A stretch of 64,000 nt of DNA. Origin: Candidatus Zhuqueibacterota bacterium (GTDB lineage: Bacteria > Zhuqueibacterota > Zhuqueibacteria > Thermofontimicrobiales > Thermofontimicrobiaceae). The notes beneath the pieces were generated by a model. That model did no database searches and was not told the DNA's origin. It worked only from the letters and a program-made list of their open reading frames with translations. Where the stretch lies: contig JBMOPW010000014.1 in assembly GCA_049322915.1 (NCBI GenBank), positions 954,774 through 1,018,773 on the forward strand. Direction: 5' to 3'. Made by a program: the position numbers and the translations under genes. Shown piece after piece: positions 62,016 through 64,000 of the stretch (position 1 is its first letter; each line of letters starts with the position of its first letter).

Positions 62016-63416
62016 TCATTGCCCTTTGCCGGCGATCATGACGTAAAGTGTATTTAATAATATTTTTAAATCCATTCTCAGGGACATATTTTCGAGATAA
62101 AATAAATCGAATTCCAATTTCTTCCGAACGTTATCGACACTTGTATCGTAGCCGGCTTTGATCTGAGCCCAGCCGGTAATGCCGGGTTTCATACGCAACC
62201 GTCGCGAATACAGAGGTATTTCGCGCTTCAATTTGTCGACGAAGAAAGGGCGCTCCGGACGCGGCCCAATCAGACTCATATCATTGAACAGAATATTGAA
62301 GAATTGGGGAATTTCATCGATCCGCATTTTGCGCATGATTTTCCCGACAACAGTCACGCGCGGATCTGTCTCATCGGCCCAAATCGGCCCGGTCTCTTTT
62401 TCAGCGCGATGCACCATGGAGCGAAATTTGAAAATCGTGAAAATTCTGCCGTTCATGCCCACGCGTTTTTGTTTGAACAGAACCGGCCCGGATGATTCCA
62501 GTTTGATGGCCAGAGCGACCAGAATCCAGATCGGCGAGAATACAATCAGCACAAACAGCGATATTCCAATGTCCATGGTGCGCTTCACCCGTTTTTCCCA
62601 GGGCGGCATGAGCTGCGGTAAAATTTCCATCAGCGGCACGCCGTAGAGCTGATTGGTTCGACCATAGCCCATGACGATGTCGTAAATATCAGGCACAATC
62701 TTCAACTGGACCGGCAGGGAATCGCATCGCGAGATGATGCTCAGCACTTGTTTCGGTGCGACTTCCTTGGGGGCAATGACGATCTCTTCGACTTTGTACT
62801 GGTCAACGAGGCGGGCAATTTCCTTCACCGAGCCAATGACCCGCGTCCCGTCGTGCTGTTCATTTATCCTGTCTTTTGAGAGAGAGACGAATCCCACCAC
62901 TTCGTAGCCCAGGGCTGGTGATTTTTTCAATTGATCGTAAACCGCCCGGGATTTATCGCTCCACCCAATGATGACGGTATTTCTGCGACCAATGCCTATC
63001 TGGAGCAATTTTCGTTGAATTGTCCGGATGATGATGCGACCGAGGCTGACGACAAACACGAGCATGAACCAGTAAGAGATGATCATGACCCGGCTGAATG
63101 GCGGCGTTGAGTTCAGATCGATGCGATAGTCCGAAGTGAGCAGGAAGATGAGGAACACGCCGATACTGACTGTTTTGAGGACCGCGATGAATTCATCGAA
63201 CCGCGAATGGGCGTACCAGGATTTGTAAAGCCCATAGAAAAAAAACAGAAAGAACCAGAACAGGAAAATCAGATTCGACAAAAAGAAATTATAGAAAATG
63301 CCGTCTTCTGTGTAATACCCCAACTTCTGTCGAAGCAAACCCCAAAAGAAAAACGTGACGTGAATCGCCAGGTAATCAACGAGAATGAGAAGTATTTTTT
63401 CAATAGTTTTGGGCAT
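62016..63416 (-). CDS. Polyprenyl-phosphate sugar phosphotransferase (WcaJ/WbaP-like priming glycosyltransferase)
   Basis: Motifs KRTMDI, FKFRSM, DPRVT, DEIPQF, MSLIGPRPE, KPGITGWAQ. Confidence 0.93.
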   Translation of the reverse strand: MPKTIEKILLILVDYLAIHVTFFFWGLLRQKLGYYTEDGIFYNFFLSNLIFLFWFFLFFFYGLYKSWYAHSRFDEFIAVLKTVSIGVFLIFLLTSDYRIDLNSTPPFSRVMIISYWFMLVFVVSLGRIIIRTIQRKLLQIGIGRRNTVIIGWSDKSRAVYDQLKKSPALGYEVVGFVSLSKDRINEQHDGTRVIGSVKEIARLVDQYKVEEIVIAPKEVAPKQVLSIISRCDSLPVQLKIVPDIYDIVMGYGRTNQLYGVPLMEILPQLMPPWEKRVKRTMDIGISLFVLIVFSPIWILVALAIKLESSGPVLFKQKRVGMNGRIFTIFKFRSMVHRAEKETGPIWADETDPRVTVVGKIMRKMRIDEIPQFFNILFNDMSLIGPRPERPFFVDKLKREIPLYSRRLRMKPGITGWAQIKAGYDTSVDNVRKKLEFDLFYLENMSLRMDLKILLNTLYVMIAGKGQ

Positions 63417-64000
63417 TTATAAGCGTTTCATTCGAATGGGTTCCCACATTGCGACTTTAGACTTTTCAGCAAAACGGAATTTCATAGCAGTCAAGTTGGC
63501 CGTGTGAACAAGACAACAATTGAACGACGCACCGGACTATCCACGGCGCTAAATTATCACTTATATACGATCCAAATCAGGCAGCCGGCGAAATTGAGAC
63601 TGATGATGGGCTGGAATTGGTCGTCCATCCCGACTGTTTTGCGCTTCAATTTTCCGAAATGAAAAATGAATCAGCGCCGCCGAAATGGGCATACACGATC
63701 TGAAAACAGCTCCGCAGAGAAACATCTCCTTCATAATTTGGCCGATTTGGTTTTTCACTGGTCATGGAATACGTTCTGAAAAATGACAGTGATTACACGA
63801 ACAACAAATTCGGTTCGTTCCAACACATGCACCGAACTTATGCCACGAGGACAGGATTCCGGGAAATTTCATTGGTAAATTCAACCCAGGGTCGAATGCG
63901 GCGCGTCGGCCAGCACTGCATTGCCAGGGATCTGTTGAATTTCCACTCCTTGACAATTTTATTTGATTCATTGTATCGGGAAACGCAATTAAAGTCTGAT

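Noticed and set aside
63561..63971. Two short minus-strand ORFs at the window end
   Set aside because: They have no motifs or SD support and cannot be distinguished from chance ORFs.

Overview
Bacterial chromosomal window, mostly on the minus strand, with AT-rich intergenic gaps. Three secreted proteins carry the C-terminal 'NYPNPFN...' FlgD-Ig/sorting domain. That, together with the gene style, suggests a KSB1/Calditrichota-like member of the FCB group, which is inference and was not tested. From left to right: (1) 1-22.3 kb holds secreted hydrolases (cyanophycinase-like, M1 aminopeptidase, BNR-repeat propeller), a TonB-receptor-like barrel, proline dehydrogenase, nadE, yjbQ, a serine hydrolase, a Tat-exported class V aminotransferase and an O-methyltransferase. 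(2) 22.4-23.1 kb holds two tandem paralogous microproteins of about 65 aa with a duplicated leader. (3) 23.5-36.1 kb is a 16-gene gas vesicle cluster: gvpA x2, two GvpC-like helical proteins (one ending in a winged-helix-like domain), gvpN, gvpO, a gvpV-like gene, three gvpF/L genes (one fused to a DnaJ domain), gvpG, a gvpJ/M-gvpK fusion, gvpJ, two Hsp20 genes, a Cdc48/p97-type ATPase, a receiver protein and a hypothetical gene. Two of these genes have single-base lesions. (4) 36.7-53.9 kb holds envelope, two-component and glycan genes, including a sigma54-type promoter with a perfect 15-bp inverted repeat in its leader and a methyltransferase remnant. (5) 54.0-54.3 kb is a tandem triplet of a roughly 100-bp TTAA-flanked MITE-like element. 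(6) 55.5-63.4 kb holds a cytochrome c maturation operon with a CxxxY-type CcmE and no ccmC, then serS and a priming sugar transferase. I found no rRNA, tRNA, CRISPR array or transposase. All calls come from reading motifs by eye; no database searches were run.
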